A DNA stretch of 53,333 bases from Vulcanimicrobiaceae bacterium (GCA_035505475.1 DATJQT010000175.1:1-53333); one strand, 5' to 3'; positions 35,895-46,118 are shown, counted from the first letter of the stretch. Notes: generated by a model from the letters alone, not told the origin. Translations and numbers: made by a program.

Positions 35895-38126
35895 TCAGGG
35901 TAATGGGACCCGCAAAAGGTCGTGCAGGATGGCGTCGAGGGTGTTGACGGCGTCCACCAGCGCGTCCGTCAAATTAGCGAAGGGGGCGTTGGCCAGCGGC
36001 GGCTCGCCCCGGAGCGCAGCCTGGAGTGGGCGGAGCGCGGGAATCGGGAGCGGGGGTTTCAGGGTTCTGAGCGAGACGGCCAGGTGGCTCATCGTGGTGC
36101 TGAGTGCCGCGGCTAGCGCGTCCACTCGCCGAGCTGTCACTTCGCTCTCCCCATCGGCCTCACCGGTCGGCGAGGACGGCGACACGGCGAGCGAGTGTAG
36201 GGCCAGCTCTTCATGGGCCAGCCGGCCCACCGCCGCCATCACGGCGATAGCGACCGGAGGCGTGAGGGGCGGCTGCGCCGGTTCGGCGACCAGTCGGGCC
36301 GTGGAAGCCTCGGCGTCGCTGCGCGCGCGGCGGGCGGCGCCTTGGAGCGCCCGGAGGCGGGCGAGGTCGAGTTGCTTGGGGTGGGCGATTTGTCGGAGCA
36401 GTGCGACTGCATACTCGCGGTGAGCCTCGATGAGGCGAGCGAGTTTCTCCGGAGCGGTGCCCCCCTCCCAGGTCGGCCACAGGACGTAGGCGGTGAGCGC
36501 CAAGACCGCTCCGATGGCCGTGTCGATCAGCCGAGCCTCGGCCGTGGGGATCGCCGGGATGCCGAGGATGTCGAGGAGCATCACGATGAACGCGGTAATG
36601 AACCCGCTGAAGAGGAGGTAGTTCACCTCGAACAGGGCGTAGGCCGCCGCGATGCTAATGCCGGCCGCGGCAAACAGCCCGCCTTGATCCAGGTGACCGA
36701 GCTGCACTGCTGCTGCACTGAGGCCGACTCCCAGCACCGTGCCCACTGCACGCTGGATGCTGCGGGAAAGCGTGGAGCTGTAGTCCGGCTTGAGTACAAT
36801 AAAGATCGTCAGCACCACCCAGCGGCCCACGCTCAAGCCGGTCGCTTGAACCAGCACCTCCGCCACACCCGCGACCACCGCCACGCGCAGTGCGTGCCGC
36901 CCCGCTTCGGTGGCGAGGGTCAGATTGGCTCGGAGCGTCGCGACGACGGCCGTGACGCCGCCGTCCGCCCGCGCCACGATAGGCACAGTTCCCGCGCCCT
37001 CCACGGCGGACTGCGTGGGCAGGGCATCGAGGCGGGCCAGGATACCCGCGACGGCGCGCACCTGCCCGAGCAGCGCCTCGCCGGCCCAGCGCCAGGACGC
37101 CCCGGCGGACACGGTCAGCCTCGCCGCCCGCCGGCTCAGCTCAGACACCCGCGCGGCCCGCTCCGCTCGCCCCGCACCCAGGGCGCCCACGATGTCGTCC
37201 AGGATCCTGGCGGCGACGCCAGCAAACTTCCGGATCTCCCTCGCGTCGCCCGCGGGGGCGGAAGCCGCGTGGGCGGCCAGCGCGGCCAGCGCGGCGCGGA
37301 TCCGCTCGGCTTCCTCGAGCAGGTCGACGAAGGTCAGCCGGGCGGCCAGGGGCAGCAGCGGGTTGGGATCCTCAAAGGCATTGGTTGCGGGGAAAGCGAC
37401 CGGCGAGGGCGGCCCGAATCTGCCTGCCGCCAGGCTGGAGGCGTATTCGGCCAGCGCCCGGTAGGACTCGGCCAGTGCGGCCCGTTCGGCTTGACCTGGC
37501 CAGACGATCCAGGATCCGGCGACCAGGGCCGCTTGGAACAGTCCGCCGGCGAGCACAAAGCCGGCCCGCACCGCCGCGCCTGCAGGGCCGAGCGGCAGCC
37601 CGACGGCGATGAGCAGGCCGACCGACCACTGAAGGACCGCGACGCTCAGCCGGGGCCCCAGGCAGACCACGAGGCCGGCGACGTACGCCCAGACGATCAC
37701 CACCGGCACCAAGAGCCACGGCAACGTGGCAGCCGTGGTCGCTCCCACGAAGGTGGAGACCGCCATGCCGACGCTGGCTACCACGATCGCCGCGAGGCGA
37801 CTCCGGCTCACGCCCTGAAACGACGCGAACCCCGCGGGCAGCGCCCCCAGGGCGGCGAAGGCGCCATCTTCGATCCTGCCACTGGCCCAGCCGAGGATAA
37901 GCGGCAGGACAACACCAACAGCTACCCGAGCGGCGCGCCAGGCAGCGATAGCGCGCCACTGGAAAGGCCCGAGCTGCAGTGTGCTCCACCGAAACCCACT
38001 GAGGAGGCTCGGGCGGGACCGCGCAACGCCCTGCACTAGCCGATGCCGCCCGGGCGACGACTGGCTTCTGTGGGTTGCAGACCTAGAGCCATTAGAGGGC
38101 TTCTTCATTCTTGCCGCAGTTCCCAT
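35895..38126 (-). CDS. FUSC-family (YccS/fusaric-acid-resistance-like) integral membrane protein
   Basis: 743 aa. N-terminal polytopic half, a long Ala/Arg-rich helical linker, and a second membrane half. The true start may be an internal Met. Confidence 0.65.
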   Translation of the reverse strand: MGTAARMKKPSNGSRSATHRSQSSPGRHRLVQGVARSRPSLLSGFRWSTLQLGPFQWRAIAAWRAARVAVGVVLPLILGWASGRIEDGAFAALGALPAGFASFQGVSRSRLAAIVVASVGMAVSTFVGATTAATLPWLLVPVVIVWAYVAGLVVCLGPRLSVAVLQWSVGLLIAVGLPLGPAGAAVRAGFVLAGGLFQAALVAGSWIVWPGQAERAALAESYRALAEYASSLAAGRFGPPSPVAFPATNAFEDPNPLLPLAARLTFVDLLEEAERIRAALAALAAHAASAPAGDAREIRKFAGVAARILDDIVGALGAGRAERAARVSELSRRAARLTVSAGASWRWAGEALLGQVRAVAGILARLDALPTQSAVEGAGTVPIVARADGGVTAVVATLRANLTLATEAGRHALRVAVVAGVAEVLVQATGLSVGRWVVLTIFIVLKPDYSSTLSRSIQRAVGTVLGVGLSAAAVQLGHLDQGGLFAAAGISIAAAYALFEVNYLLFSGFITAFIVMLLDILGIPAIPTAEARLIDTAIGAVLALTAYVLWPTWEGGTAPEKLARLIEAHREYAVALLRQIAHPKQLDLARLRALQGAARRARSDAEASTARLVAEPAQPPLTPPVAIAVMAAVGRLAHEELALHSLAVSPSSPTGEADGESEVTARRVDALAAALSTTMSHLAVSLRTLKPPLPIPALRPLQAALRGEPPLANAPFANLTDALVDAVNTLDAILHDLLRVPLP

Positions 38127-38182
38127 TGGCGTTGTGGGCGTTCAAGCAGGTCGCCAGGCGGCGGCGATTGCCCTCATTTTTC

Positions 38183-38300
38183 TCACTTCATGAGTATCAC
38201 GATGATGATCCCACAGAACGCCAGGACGCTCCGGGCAACGCCATAGGGAATGGTGCACCCAATTGCCGGGGGCGTACTCTTGGCGGCTGCCTGTATCCGC
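38183..38300 (-). pseudogene. C-terminal remnant of a YidE/YbjL-type transporter paralogue
   Basis: ...IQAAAKSTPPAIGCTIPYGVARSVLAFCGIIIVILMK* parallels the C-terminus of the intact gene at 39114 (..LQEAANSPIPAIGYTIPYAVGRIVLAICGVIIVLLMQ*). Nothing upstream of it is homologous. Confidence 0.6.
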
Positions 38301-38301
38301 G

Positions 38302-39054
38302 TCATACCCGATCGCCTTGGCGAGCGTGGGCAGGGGACGACGTCAGGAGCAGGTCGCATGCGGTGAGGGCGAGCACCACCACCGGCACGAGGAGTGGGAA
38401 CTGGAGTCCCGTCGCGGCTGCAGCCCCGATCCCGGCTCCCACCATGTACGCCAGCCAGGCGCAAGCGGGCACGATGACGTCCGCGATATCGGCTCGCCTG
38501 CCTGCCGTATCCGCGGTTTCCGACCTCGTCCTCAGGGGTGTATACCGACCGATGAGCCCGTCCGCGAACTTCAGGATCGTGTTCGTCACAACGATCGTTT
38601 GTATCGAAAGCCCGCCGAACCGGGAGACAGTCTGGCCCTGCATCGCCATGGCGATCGCAAGCAGAGAGAGCTCGACAAACGCCAGGGGGCCAGCATGCAT
38701 ACGAATTGCCCCCGCCAGGAGCAAGACACCGGCCATTATGAGCAGCTCGAATGCAGGCCGCCGCAGATGTCGTCGTATGATGCTCCCCAGCAAGCCACCT
38801 CCGAAAAAGGCCGCCAGCGTCCAGGCGGTAAGCGCGAAGCGCGGCCATTCCCCGCGCACGAAGGCGATCCCCAACTGCGTCGTATTCCCGGTCATCGCAG
38901 CCGTGTAAACACCATGCAAATCTACTACGCCAAGGGCGTCTACACAGCCGGCGACGAAGCCCAGGGCCACCACGCGTCTGACCGGAACCGCGAGACCCGA
39001 TAGCGCCAGATCCAGTTCGGCCTCATTGGATATGGCCCGTTCAGGCGACACCAT
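38302..39054 (-). CDS. YoaK/DUF1275-family membrane protein
   Basis: GFVAGCVDALG...YTAAMTGNTTQLG signature, with six hydrophobic segments. Confidence 0.75.
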   Translation of the reverse strand: MVSPERAISNEAELDLALSGLAVPVRRVVALGFVAGCVDALGVVDLHGVYTAAMTGNTTQLGIAFVRGEWPRFALTAWTLAAFFGGGLLGSIIRRHLRRPAFELLIMAGVLLLAGAIRMHAGPLAFVELSLLAIAMAMQGQTVSRFGGLSIQTIVVTNTILKFADGLIGRYTPLRTRSETADTAGRRADIADVIVPACAWLAYMVGAGIGAAAATGLQFPLLVPVVVLALTACDLLLTSSPAHARQGDRV

Positions 39055-39113
39055 CAGGTGCTCGAGCCTGTCTTGTCAGTCGAGGTTCCCATCGACTGTG
39101 CTCCTCATTCCGC

Positions 39114-40814
39114 TCACTGCATCAACAGGACGATGATCACGCCGCAGATCGCGAGAACGATCCGGCCGACGGCGTACGGAATTGTGTATCCGATCGCCGG
39201 TATAGGACTATTCGCAGCTTCCTGTAGTGCGCCCAGGGCCGCCGTTGTCGTCCGCGCGCCGGCACAGGCGCCGAGGGTGATGGCCGGATGGAACTTGAAG
39301 ATGTACTTTCCCGCAAAGATTCCAACGACAAGCGGCACGATGGAGACGACCATACCGGCCAGGAACAGCCCAAGCCCATAGGCTTTCAGACCGGCAATCA
39401 GCCCGGGGGCCGCATCCAGACCCACGACGGCGATGAAGCCGTTGAGGCCAACATTGTTGAACACCCACAGCGCCGGATCAGGAATCCGGCCGAAAGTACG
39501 ATAGGCGGACCGCAGGTAGCCGCACACTAAGCCCGCGATGAGCGCACCGACGCTCGTGCTCAAGCTCAGTGGGATGCCGCTAACATGGATAGTCATTGCG
39601 CCGATCATGGCCCCGATGACCACGGCCACGCTCATAAACGCTATGTCCGATGTGGGGGTTGCACGATCGGCATAGCCAAGGAACTTCGCGGCATCCTCGA
39701 TTTCCTTTCGGGGGCCCAGCAGCGTCAAGACGTCATGGCGCTGAAGCCGAAGGTCCGGATGTCGCTTGACCTCGCTGCCGCCTCGCATGAGCTTGGACAG
39801 GAAGAGCCTGTGGCCGGTCCGGGCGAGTTCGGCGTCCTGCAGTTCCTTGATCGTATGGTTCGCCGCATCCTTTTTTGTGATGACGATGTCCAGCTGTTCC
39901 GTGGGGAAACCCAGCAGCTCGGCATCGTCCACCTCAGGGCCTACTGTCTTTGCCGCAGTCAATAGCGCTTGCGGGTGCCCGGCGATGGCCACCGTGGCCC
40001 CATTTTGAAGGATCGTTCCCGTATTCGGCTCGATGATCCCGCCATTCTGACGAACGCGCACGACGAAGGCGTCGGTCGTACCGAGGGTGGCGGCGATCTG
40101 GCGCACATCTTGTCCGACCAGGCCATCGTTCTCCACCCGATATGCGCGTGCCGTCACGGGGCGATAGGCCGACCCGACACCTGGCTCGGCCCCGCGCACC
40201 CCCATCGTGCGCTCGAGCTCCTTGCTGGCCGCGGCGAGGTCCACCTTCAGGAGTTTCGGCCCGAGCGTGCCAAGGAACCAAGCCGCGCCTGCAGTTCCGA
40301 ACGGGTAGGTCACTGCATAGGCGATTGCGGCAAGGCTCGCCATGGCCGCCGCCTCATCGGCGCCCAGACCCAGCTGGTGGAAATAGCCGCTTGCGACGCC
40401 CAGGGTTCCGGAGTTGGTGTATCCGCCGGAGAGCAGCCCTGCCGTAAGGCCAGGGTTGAACCCGAGCAGCTTCCCGAGCGCGAACGCGCAGAGCAGACCA
40501 CTGGCGGCCACGAGAAGCGCGAATGCAACTTGCGGCAGTCCATCCTTCTTCAACGCGCGAAAGAATTGCGGACCGACACCGTACCCGACAGCGAACAGGA
40601 ACATCATAAAGAATGTCGATTGCGCCACCGGCGCGATCGGGATGTGAAGTTGCCCGATCAACAGGCCTGCGATCAGGCTGCTCGTGACAGCCCCCAGGCT
40701 GAACGAGCCAAATTTGAGGCTGCCGAACCAGAACCCGATTGCCAGTGTGAGGAATATGGCGATCTCGGGGTACTGGCGAATCGTGTCAACCGGGTAGTGC
40801 ATTAGAGAGTACAT
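39114..40814 (-). CDS. Putative transporter of the YidE/YbjL (AAE, aspartate:alanine-exchanger-like) family with central RCK_C domains
   Basis: MYSLMHYPVDTIRQYPEIAIFLTLAIGFWFGSLKFGSFSLGAVTSSLIAGLLIG. Duplicated membrane halves flank a soluble segment. RBS GGGAGG. Confidence 0.8.
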   Translation of the reverse strand: MYSLMHYPVDTIRQYPEIAIFLTLAIGFWFGSLKFGSFSLGAVTSSLIAGLLIGQLHIPIAPVAQSTFFMMFLFAVGYGVGPQFFRALKKDGLPQVAFALLVAASGLLCAFALGKLLGFNPGLTAGLLSGGYTNSGTLGVASGYFHQLGLGADEAAAMASLAAIAYAVTYPFGTAGAAWFLGTLGPKLLKVDLAAASKELERTMGVRGAEPGVGSAYRPVTARAYRVENDGLVGQDVRQIAATLGTTDAFVVRVRQNGGIIEPNTGTILQNGATVAIAGHPQALLTAAKTVGPEVDDAELLGFPTEQLDIVITKKDAANHTIKELQDAELARTGHRLFLSKLMRGGSEVKRHPDLRLQRHDVLTLLGPRKEIEDAAKFLGYADRATPTSDIAFMSVAVVIGAMIGAMTIHVSGIPLSLSTSVGALIAGLVCGYLRSAYRTFGRIPDPALWVFNNVGLNGFIAVVGLDAAPGLIAGLKAYGLGLFLAGMVVSIVPLVVGIFAGKYIFKFHPAITLGACAGARTTTAALGALQEAANSPIPAIGYTIPYAVGRIVLAICGVIIVLLMQ

Positions 40815-40910
40815 AGAGACCTCCCGTCTCTGAACCCGCAGCGGGCCTGGGAGGATCTGCCAAATCCTCCCAGGCTACGTGCGGATAGCCGTATCCTGTG
40901 CAGTCGTAGG

Positions 40911-42599
40911 CTAGTACCGCGGGACGTAGAGTTGCCCCTCGATCCAGCCGCGTACATCTTTGGGATGCGGGACCTGGGCCAGTCCCTTGTCGAACATGTA
41001 CTCTGCGATCCGGGTCGCGGTAGTAACCTCGATCTCGAGGATGTTCGATTGCGCGGGATACAGCCGTCCTCTTGCCCGAAGATCCGGGTCAACTTGATCG
41101 GCCGTCGCCTGCGCCGCAACAATGAAGCACTCGTCGGTCAGTCGCTTCGGTCGCGCGACATAGGTCGCGAGCCCGATCGCTGGATAGACGTAGAAATTGT
41201 TGGCCTGGCCGGGGTGGAAGGTGTTTCCGCCAACCGTTACGTCCGGGAACTGCACTCCCGCGGCGTACAGAGCCTTGCCTTTGGACCAGGTGTACGCCTG
41301 CTCCGCCGTGCACTCCGCCTTGGCTGTCGGGTTAGACAGCGCAAAGATGATCGGCCGGTCATTCATCCGGCTCATCGCCTCGACCACCTCACGGCTGAAC
41401 AGACCTCCCTTGGTGCTGACGCCGATTAGCACGGTAGGCTTGAACGTCTCGATGGCCGCGATGACCTCGGGGTGCTCAGTCGCCAAATCGCCAGGATCGA
41501 ACGGCTTGCTGGCCGGTAGTTTCTGCGCCCACGGCTGCTTGTGTGCGGCGAGGCCGGCGCGACCTTCGACCACGAGTCCTTTGGTATCAAACAGCGCAAT
41601 CCGGCTACGAGCCTCGCTCTCCGAATGACCTTGCATCTTCATTGCAGAGACGATGAGCTTGGAGATTCCGGTACCCGCCGAGCCCGCACCGAGGAACAGG
41701 ATGCGTTGGCTGATAACCGGCGACTGATTGATCTTCAGCGCGGTCATCAAGCCGGCAAGCGCGATAGAGGCCGTACCCTGGATGTCGTCGTTGTAGCAGA
41801 GGACCTTGTCCTTATAGCGGTTGATATATCGGACGGCATCAGTTCCCTTCCAATCCTCGAAGTGGATGCAGCACTGCGGGAATACCGTCTGCACTGCTTG
41901 CACGAACTCCTCGACCAACTCGTCCAGTTCTTGCTCCGGTGGGGGCACCTCGCGAATGCCGAGATACAGCGGGTCCGCCCGCAACACCGCGTTCGTCGTC
42001 CCGATATCGAACAGGACCGGCAGCATGTATTGGGGGGGGACGGCCGCGCAGGCCGTGTAGAGTTGGAGCTTGCCAATCGGAATACCCATGCCGTTGGCCC
42101 CAATATCACCGAGGCCGAGAATGCGGCCACCGGTCGAGACGCAGATGAACCGCACGTCGGATTGAGACCAGTTGCGCAGAACTTTGGCCATCCGGCCTTT
42201 CATCTCGCGGGTGATGTACATACCGCGCGGGCGGCGATAGATGTGTCCGAATGCCTCGCACGCGTCCGCAACCGTCGGGTCATATAGGATTGGTATGAAG
42301 CGCGCCGGATCGGACATGACGGTGCGGTAGAACAGCGTCTCGTTCCGGTCCGCCAGACCGATCAGATAGATGTAGCGCTCGATGTCGTTTGCTTTCGCAT
42401 CCACTTGCTGCAACACACGCTCGGCCTGCCGCTCGAGGCTTTCCGCCGCGTGAGGCAGAAGCCCTTCAAGCCCGTATTGGCGGCGCTCTTCCGTCGTGAA
42501 CGCCGTATCCTTGTTCAAGCTCGGGTTGTCGAGCAATTCCCGGCCCCAGAGGTGCGGTTGCTCCACGGTCTTGCGGGCCGTCTGCTTCTGTCTTGCCAT
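40911..42599 (-). CDS. maeA: NAD(P)-dependent malic enzyme
   Basis: NKDTAFTTEER, IPILYDPTVADAC, FEDWKGTDAVRYINRYK..CYNDDIQGTASIALAG and FLGAGSAGTGI. Start at M37 (42599), 5 nt after AAGGAGAAC. Confidence 0.92.
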   Translation of the reverse strand: MARQKQTARKTVEQPHLWGRELLDNPSLNKDTAFTTEERRQYGLEGLLPHAAESLERQAERVLQQVDAKANDIERYIYLIGLADRNETLFYRTVMSDPARFIPILYDPTVADACEAFGHIYRRPRGMYITREMKGRMAKVLRNWSQSDVRFICVSTGGRILGLGDIGANGMGIPIGKLQLYTACAAVPPQYMLPVLFDIGTTNAVLRADPLYLGIREVPPPEQELDELVEEFVQAVQTVFPQCCIHFEDWKGTDAVRYINRYKDKVLCYNDDIQGTASIALAGLMTALKINQSPVISQRILFLGAGSAGTGISKLIVSAMKMQGHSESEARSRIALFDTKGLVVEGRAGLAAHKQPWAQKLPASKPFDPGDLATEHPEVIAAIETFKPTVLIGVSTKGGLFSREVVEAMSRMNDRPIIFALSNPTAKAECTAEQAYTWSKGKALYAAGVQFPDVTVGGNTFHPGQANNFYVYPAIGLATYVARPKRLTDECFIVAAQATADQVDPDLRARGRLYPAQSNILEIEVTTATRIAEYMFDKGLAQVPHPKDVRGWIEGQLYVPRY

Positions 42600-42621
42600 C
42601 GCATGTTCTCCTTTTCCAAAG

Positions 42622-42642
42622 CCTTGGACGTCACGTCCAAGG
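42622..42642. promoter_or_regulatory. Perfect 21-bp palindrome immediately upstream of the malic-enzyme RBS
   Basis: CCTTGGACGT-C-ACGTCCAAGG, 23-43 nt upstream of ATG 42599. Confidence 0.5.
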
Positions 42643-42904
42643 AGTCTTCCTGCTGCCGTGACGGGGTCTGCCGCCGACCGCATGATATACGGCAAGCGAC
42701 GTGCCAAGAGACTGCTCTCGACGTCGAAGGCTTGCCACGGTCCGTAGTGTGGGCAATCGGTGTTTCGCGGACACCCAAGGTCGCAGTATATTGCGAGAGT
42801 GACGAAATGTTGGTAGGCACAAGCGCGACCCGCACGATGATGACCTGCACTTTCACCGTCGCCACGGTGCAGCGCCTTGGCTGCGGCGCGCCGGGGCGAG
42901 CTTC

Positions 42905-43180
42905 CCCTCAGGCGGACGAGGCCGCCTCGCCAAAACCCGGCGCCAGTCGATGCCGGTGCCCACGGCGGTCCCGCCCAGTGCCAGCCGGTACACGCCCGTT
43001 AACGTCCCCTCGATCCCTTCTTCGTCATCCTTCAGCATGCCGGCGTAGCCGGACCACACCCCTGGCCCAATGTCAGCGGGGTGGCATCCTGCATGTGAGT
43101 CCGGCCGATCTTGACGATGTCCCGACCCGCCTGCGCCTTCGCCTCGATCGCATGGCGCAACGCGGTCACCGACGGAAGCA
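42905..43180 (-). pseudogene. Internal fragment of a class II fumarase paralogue (frameshifted)
   Basis: Nucleotide and protein similarity to fumC 46860-47150. [36 protein letters not shown] / [36 protein letters not shown] are split over two frames. No start, and no N- or C-terminal parts. Confidence 0.8.
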
Positions 43181-43333
43181 GACGCTGGCCACCACGATCG
43201 CCGCGTGGCGGCTGCGGCTTACACCCTGAAACGACGCGAACCCCGCGGGCAGCGCCCCCAGGGCGGCGAAGGCGCCATACTCGATGCTGCCGCTGGCCCA
43301 GCCGAGGAAGAACGGCAAGAGAACACCAATAGC
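43181..43333 (-). pseudogene. Fragment of a FUSC-family gene N-terminus, fused to the fumarase fragment
   Basis: About 150 nt nearly collinear with 37770-37920 of the intact FUSC gene, including an identical run of about 55 nt (cctgaaacgacgcgaaccccgcgggcagcgcccccagggcggcgaaggcgccat). Confidence 0.8.
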
Positions 43334-43368
43334 GGTTCAGGAATTTCGCTGTGGGGGGTATCAGACCC

Positions 43369-43971
43369 TCAGACGCGTCGCAGAAAGAACACGTCCAACG
43401 AGCGCGCGCCTTGAGCGCCGTGGACCAGGGTGGCCTCAATATCCGCCGTCGCTGATGGTCCCGCCATGAAACAGCCATACGCCGTCTCATGCATCCGCAC
43501 GCGACGATATGCCTGATGCATGTCTGACACGATCTCGTTGGGATCCAGCAGCACGACCAGGTGCTGGGAGAGGAAGCCCAGGGCGGTGACGATCAGGTCC
43601 TCCTGGGTCACCCACACCGCGCCACCTTCCACGACCCCGAACTGGGCGCGGAAGACACCGACGTCCACGTCGGCCAGGGCATGCGGATCCTGAACGTCCG
43701 CCGCGCGGCGCGTACCGGCAATTTCGGGCACGGCCGAGCACACGACCTTTGCCTCCGGGAACATCGCGGTCAATTTGGCCGCGGCCTCCGCCGGGCTGCC
43801 AATCGAATGCGCGGCTGCTCCAGCCTTCCCAAGGTGTTCCTCGAACATCTGCCGGATTGGCTGATCCTGGCGGGCGAATGCCGGAATTCCCGGACGGCTG
43901 ACTCGCTCTTTCGGCAGGTTCTCGCGGATCGCGGCGAGAATGGAGTCACGACTGAGGGTCTGGGCTTCCAT
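43369..43971 (-). CDS. lutC: Lactate utilisation protein C (LutC/YkgG, LUD domain)
   Basis: 200 aa, downstream of and overlapping lutB. ...AVWVTQEDL...[12 protein letters not shown]...GPSATADIE. Confidence 0.8.
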   Translation of the reverse strand: MEAQTLSRDSILAAIRENLPKERVSRPGIPAFARQDQPIRQMFEEHLGKAGAAAHSIGSPAEAAAKLTAMFPEAKVVCSAVPEIAGTRRAADVQDPHALADVDVGVFRAQFGVVEGGAVWVTQEDLIVTALGFLSQHLVVLLDPNEIVSDMHQAYRRVRMHETAYGCFMAGPSATADIEATLVHGAQGARSLDVFFLRRV

Positions 43972-45358
43972 TATTCCTCCGATGCGCGAGGTACCACTCG
44001 CGAAAGGTCTGCTGCGCCACCTTGGGAATCTCGCGTTCGCGCCCCCAGGGGTTCAATGTGTGGTTGTACAGGAGAAAGTGCGGCGCATGGCCGATCGCCG
44101 GACCGGCCCCTTTCTGCAGGGTGTGGTATTCCCCGGGATGGGCGAACACGTGGCCGGCGACGGCAAACGAGAGGCGCTTGGCCAGCGGAAGGTAGCTCTT
44201 GCTCGCCATCACCCGGCGCCATTTGAGGATCTGGTCACTAATGTCGATCTTCACCGGACACACCGCTGAGCAGGACCCACACAGCGTGGAGTGGAACGGC
44301 AGCTCGCTGTACTTGTACTCGTTGAAGGTCGGATCGAGGATGACGCCAATGGGCCCCGAATATGTGGCACCGTAGGCCAGGCCGCCTCCCCGCCGGTACA
44401 CCGGACAGGTGTTCATACAGGCGCCACAGCGGATGCATTTGAGCGAGTGCCAGAAATCGGCCATGCCCAGCCGCCGGCTACGGCCATTGTCTACTAGCAC
44501 GATGTGCAACTCGCCGCCCTTCCTCGGCCCCGTGAAGTGGGATGAGTATTGGGTGAGCGGCGTACCAGTGCCACTCCGCGCCAACAGTCTCAGAAACACC
44601 CCTAAGTCTTCCACCCGAGGGAGGATCTTTTCGATGCCGATGCTCGCGATGTGCAGCGGCGGGACCGCAGCGCCAATGTCCGCGTTGCCCTCGTTGGTGC
44701 ACACAACGAACGTCCCCGTTTCCGCAATAGCGAAATTGGCGCCCGTCATGCCGGCCCCGGCCGCGAGGAACCTCGGACGCGCGTTGTTGCGCATCGCCTC
44801 GGTGAGCACGTGCGGATCGTCGTTGTTAGGATCGGTGCCGATCGTGCGGGCGAATAGCTGCGCCACATCTTTCCGCGTCTTGTGAATGGCCGGAAACACA
44901 ATGTGGCTGGGCGGCTGGCCGTCGAGCTGCTGAATCCGTTCACCCAGGTCCGATTCAGTGACAGTGATCCCCCGCCTCTCCAGGTAGGGGGTCATCACGC
45001 ACTCTTCCTGAAGCATGGACTTGCTCTTGATCAGTTCTGTCGTGCCGTGCGCTTTGAGGATCGCGTACACGATCTCGTTATGTTCGGCTCCGTCCCGCGC
45101 CCAATGCACCTGCGCACCGCGTTGTGTGGCGTTGGCCTCGAACTGTGTCAGATACTCATCGAGGTGGGTGAGGGCATGCTCCTTGATTTGCGACGCGAGC
45201 TCGCGCAACTCTTCCCATTCCGGCAGGGCGGCCGCCTGCGCATTCCGACGCTGCATAGTCGCCCAGAGGAAGCGGTCGTGCATCGGCTCGTGGATGTCGT
45301 CCTGTCGGATGAACTGCTCAGCCTTCGTCGCGACCTCAACCGGTCGGTTCGTGCTCAT
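43946..45358 (-). CDS. lutB: Lactate utilisation protein B (LutB/YkgF, 4Fe-4S)
   Basis: CIRCGACMNTCPVY and CGSCSAVCPVKI ferredoxin motifs, plus a DUF162-like region. Confidence 0.88.
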   Translation of the reverse strand: MSTNRPVEVATKAEQFIRQDDIHEPMHDRFLWATMQRRNAQAAALPEWEELRELASQIKEHALTHLDEYLTQFEANATQRGAQVHWARDGAEHNEIVYAILKAHGTTELIKSKSMLQEECVMTPYLERRGITVTESDLGERIQQLDGQPPSHIVFPAIHKTRKDVAQLFARTIGTDPNNDDPHVLTEAMRNNARPRFLAAGAGMTGANFAIAETGTFVVCTNEGNADIGAAVPPLHIASIGIEKILPRVEDLGVFLRLLARSGTGTPLTQYSSHFTGPRKGGELHIVLVDNGRSRRLGMADFWHSLKCIRCGACMNTCPVYRRGGGLAYGATYSGPIGVILDPTFNEYKYSELPFHSTLCGSCSAVCPVKIDISDQILKWRRVMASKSYLPLAKRLSFAVAGHVFAHPGEYHTLQKGAGPAIGHAPHFLLYNHTLNPWGREREIPKVAQQTFREWYLAHRRNNGSPDPQS

Positions 45359-46118
45359 CGGGGTCTCCCCTCTGCCGGAACGGTCCGCCGTTCAGGATCT
45401 GAGCCACATGGATATATTTGATGTCCAGCCCCGCCCGTCGCGCAATGCCCTGCTGATGCATGAGGCAGGACATATCCGGCGAAGCAACGTACCCCGCCCC
45501 GTGGCGGAGATGATCGCGGACCTTTTCCATCCCCATGCGCGCAGACACGGCCGGGTCCGTCACGCAGAAGGTGCCGCCGAACCCACAGCAATCGTCAGGA
45601 CGGTCGATGGGTACTAGGACGAGCCCCTTGACCTTGGCGAGAAGATCGGCGGTCTTATTGAACGGAGTTCCCATGATCTCCGAGGGCTTCGCCAGTCCCA
45701 GGCCACGAATGGAGCTGCAACTATTGTGTAGCGCCACCGAATGCGGAAACTCTGCCCAGGGGAAGTCCTGGACCTTCAAAATGTCGTGCAGGAATTCGAC
45801 CAACTCGTAGGTGTGCTGGCGCACGTGTCGCACGGTCTCGGTTTGCTCAATGCTGTCGAAGTGATGGCGTACCTGCTTGACGCAGCTCCCGGCCGGTCCA
45901 ACAATGCAATCGAAATCCTTGAAGTTCTGCATGAAGAGGTGCTCCGTCGCCGCGGCGTTGGCCTCGTCTCCGCTGTTCGCCATCGGCTGTCCACAGCAGG
46001 TCTGCTCCAGCGGATAGCCGACGTCGAGACCGAGCCGCTCCAATAGCTCGAGCGTCGCTATGCCGACTTCTGGGAACAGCATATCGACGTAGCACGGAAT
46101 GAACAGACCAACCCTCAT
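45336..46118 (-). CDS. lutA: Lactate utilisation protein A (LutA/YkgE, CCG-domain Fe-S oxidoreductase)
   Basis: MRVGLFIPCYVDMLFPEVG, and the EQTCCGQP and DDCCGFGGTF CCG motifs. Start at M17 of the track ORF. Confidence 0.88.
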   Translation of the reverse strand: MRVGLFIPCYVDMLFPEVGIATLELLERLGLDVGYPLEQTCCGQPMANSGDEANAAATEHLFMQNFKDFDCIVGPAGSCVKQVRHHFDSIEQTETVRHVRQHTYELVEFLHDILKVQDFPWAEFPHSVALHNSCSSIRGLGLAKPSEIMGTPFNKTADLLAKVKGLVLVPIDRPDDCCGFGGTFCVTDPAVSARMGMEKVRDHLRHGAGYVASPDMSCLMHQQGIARRAGLDIKYIHVAQILNGGPFRQRGDPDEHEPTG

